Origin: Rebecca billardiae RCC1528
Lineage: Eukaryota > Protista > Haptophyta
NCBI GenBank assembly: GCA_965240325.2
Contig: OZ251225.1
Location: 2,480,001-2,544,000, forward strand
Direction of reading: 5' to 3'
DNA length: 64,000 nt
Position numbers and translations under genes: made by a program. The notes below the pieces were generated by a model. It worked only from the letters and a program-made list of their open reading frames with translations. It was not told the DNA's origin and ran no database searches. Shown piece by piece: positions 62,110-64,000 of the stretch. Each line of letters starts with the position of its first letter. Position 1 is the first letter of the stretch.

Positions 62110-63547
62110 ATGACCAGACTGCTCGCGCTCGTGTTGCTGCTGTGCGCGGCGCGGGCGCGCGCTTGGAGGGCATCGTCCGTGCCCTCCCGGTCCATGGCCA
62201 TCAGCCGGCACGCCGAAGCGCGCCGGCACCTCGTTGCGGCCACACCGGCGCCAGGCACGAGCCCGCGCACGCTCTCAGATGTTGAGCACGCCTTCTTCGA
62301 GCGCTACGCAAAGCCGCTGTACCCGCCGTACTCGACGATGGTGGACGAGATCCTCAGCAGCCTCGCGCTCACGCTGTGCGACTCGCGCTTCGAGTACTCC
62401 AAACTCTTCGCGCTCGGGCTGAGCACGCTCATGCGCCAGGCGCTCGTTATCCCGCCGACGCTCATCGCCGGCGCGCCGGTGCGCGAGCCAAACATCGAGC
62501 TCGCGGAGGCGGTGTGCGAGGCGCTCGAGCTGAAGCGCGCGCAGATAGAGGAGGATGCCAAATGTGCGCGCCGCGCGCGCCGAGCGGCCGCCCAGCGCGC
62601 CTGCGGGCGCCGCCGTGCCACGCGCGGCTCACACGCGACGCGCGCTGCGCGCTGTCGCGCGACGCGCACCTCGCGCGCGCACGCAGCCGTGCGCAACTGG
62701 GCATCGGGCATGACGGAATCGCAGATCCTCGAGGTCATGCGCGCCAGCGACGCGGAAGTCGACGCGGCCTCGACGGCCGACGCCGAAGCAGCCGACGCGA
62801 GTGCCCCCGAGCCTGCCGCCGACGCGCCCGCCCCCGCGGCTGCCACCCCGGGGCCACGGCCCCTTGGCCGGCTACGCTCGCTGTTCGGTGGCGGGCACGG
62901 CGGCGAGATCGCGCGCGAGCTGCGCGGGCTGGCGCAGGCGAAGTACCCCTTCTACCACCGCTGCATCGGCCTCGGCCTCTTCGCGCTGATGGAGCAGTGC
63001 GACGCGTCCCCCAGGCTCGCGGCCGTGAGCCGCTGGGCGACCGCACTCGGCGTCAAGGAGTCGAAGCTTCGCAAAGACTACGAGTGGCAGTTCGACGCGC
63101 TCGAGCGCATCCTGGAGACGGAGGAGCGCCGGCTGGTGCGCGCGGCGCGCTGCCGGCCCGCCCCGCCCGCGCGCGCTCCTCGCGCGCCCACGCGCCGCGC
63201 GCCGTGCCGCGCCGCCGCGCGCGGACGGCGCTCACGAGACGAGTTGCGGGGCCGCGCCGCTGCACGCACGCGCGCGCGGCGCCTTGGCCGCGCGGCCGCA
63301 GGAGGAGGACGTCCGCAAGCTGCAGAAGCGCGCCGACGCGCTCCTGCACGAGGCGGAGGCGGCTCGGCGCGCGGCGGACGAGGCCGAGGGCATCGCGCCG
63401 CCGCCCCCGCCTGCCGCACCGCCCCAGCCCACGCCCGAGACGGCCGAGCAGGCTGCGGCAGCGGCTGAGCTCGGCCAGGCGCTGGCTGATGTCGAGGGCC
63501 TGGGCGAGCCGGGCGCGGACAAGCCGGGGAGTGGCGCGCAGGACTGA
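62110..63547 (+). CDS. THF1: Thylakoid formation 1 / Psp29-like protein, plastid-targeted; exons 62110-62563, 62687-63135, 63302-63547
   Basis: RTLSDVEHAFFERYAKPLYPPYSTMVDEIL...FEYSKLFALGL and YHRCIGLGLFALME match THF1 motifs. Signal peptide ending ARA-W. GT-AG introns at 62564-62686 and 63136-63301. Confidence 0.78.
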
Positions 63548-64000
63548 GGCGGGGGGTGGCTCGCCGCCCTCGCGCCCTGCACCGGCACGTCGCGCACACG
63601 AGCACCCGCGGCTGGCGTCGAGGCGTGGCCCAGCGGTGCCGCCCTGTGTCTCCGAACTCGCCCCGCCTTGTCGCGGCGCAACGTGGACCTCGTTGCAACA
63701 ATGCCACTGGGCCCGCGCTGGAATCACGGCGGACAGTCGCGCGGACCGCCCGCCGCCGTGACGCGGCAACACGGCCCTCCCCGTCGTGCGAACGAGCCAG
63801 CAGCAGGGGCGGCGAAGGCATCCGACAGCGATGAGCGACGTGTACGCTAGGCGCCACGTGACGTCACTTCATCGTCCTGCAATCTGCGCAGCCACTCAGT
63901 GGCCCGTGCCGTGGCGTTGCCGCCCCCGACCCCCGGCCCGGCCCCGAGCAGGAGTGAGCCGAGGAGCCGGAGCCTGCCTGAGTGCACGCCTGAGGCCCGA

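Overview
GC-rich eukaryotic genomic DNA with short GC-rich GT-AG introns (GTGCGC/GTGAGC...CGCAG) and bipartite signal+transit peptides. This is consistent with an alga with a complex red plastid, most plausibly a haptophyte (inference; Pavlovales-like). Nine protein genes are supported. The window is dominated by one minus-strand gene (13417-50206) whose two ORF-track pieces splice together through a 23-nt micro-exon into a ~12,194-aa protein. Its order is: signal peptide, three novel repeats, a beta-helix, CTPGYWKNH-type domains, two Ser-Pro (extensin-like) arrays totalling ~9,000 aa, a GAIN/GPS autoproteolysis site and a polycystin-1-like membrane region with no channel domain. The second highlight is an 8-TM microbial-rhodopsin-PAS-histidine kinase-receiver-HPt-like protein (1320-4895). 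The other genes are an F-box protein (partial), a secreted PhyH-like Fe(II)/2OG dioxygenase, a class-3 lipase, a ShK-Pro-linker-aldo/keto reductase, a BMT5-like methyltransferase, an OSCA/TMEM63-like channel ending in a CaaX box, a NUDT15-like Nudix hydrolase and THF1/Psp29. Intergenic DNA holds (TA)n microsatellites carrying arms of a non-autonomous TIR element, a ~1-kb tandem duplication and a dense TGACA-palindrome cluster.
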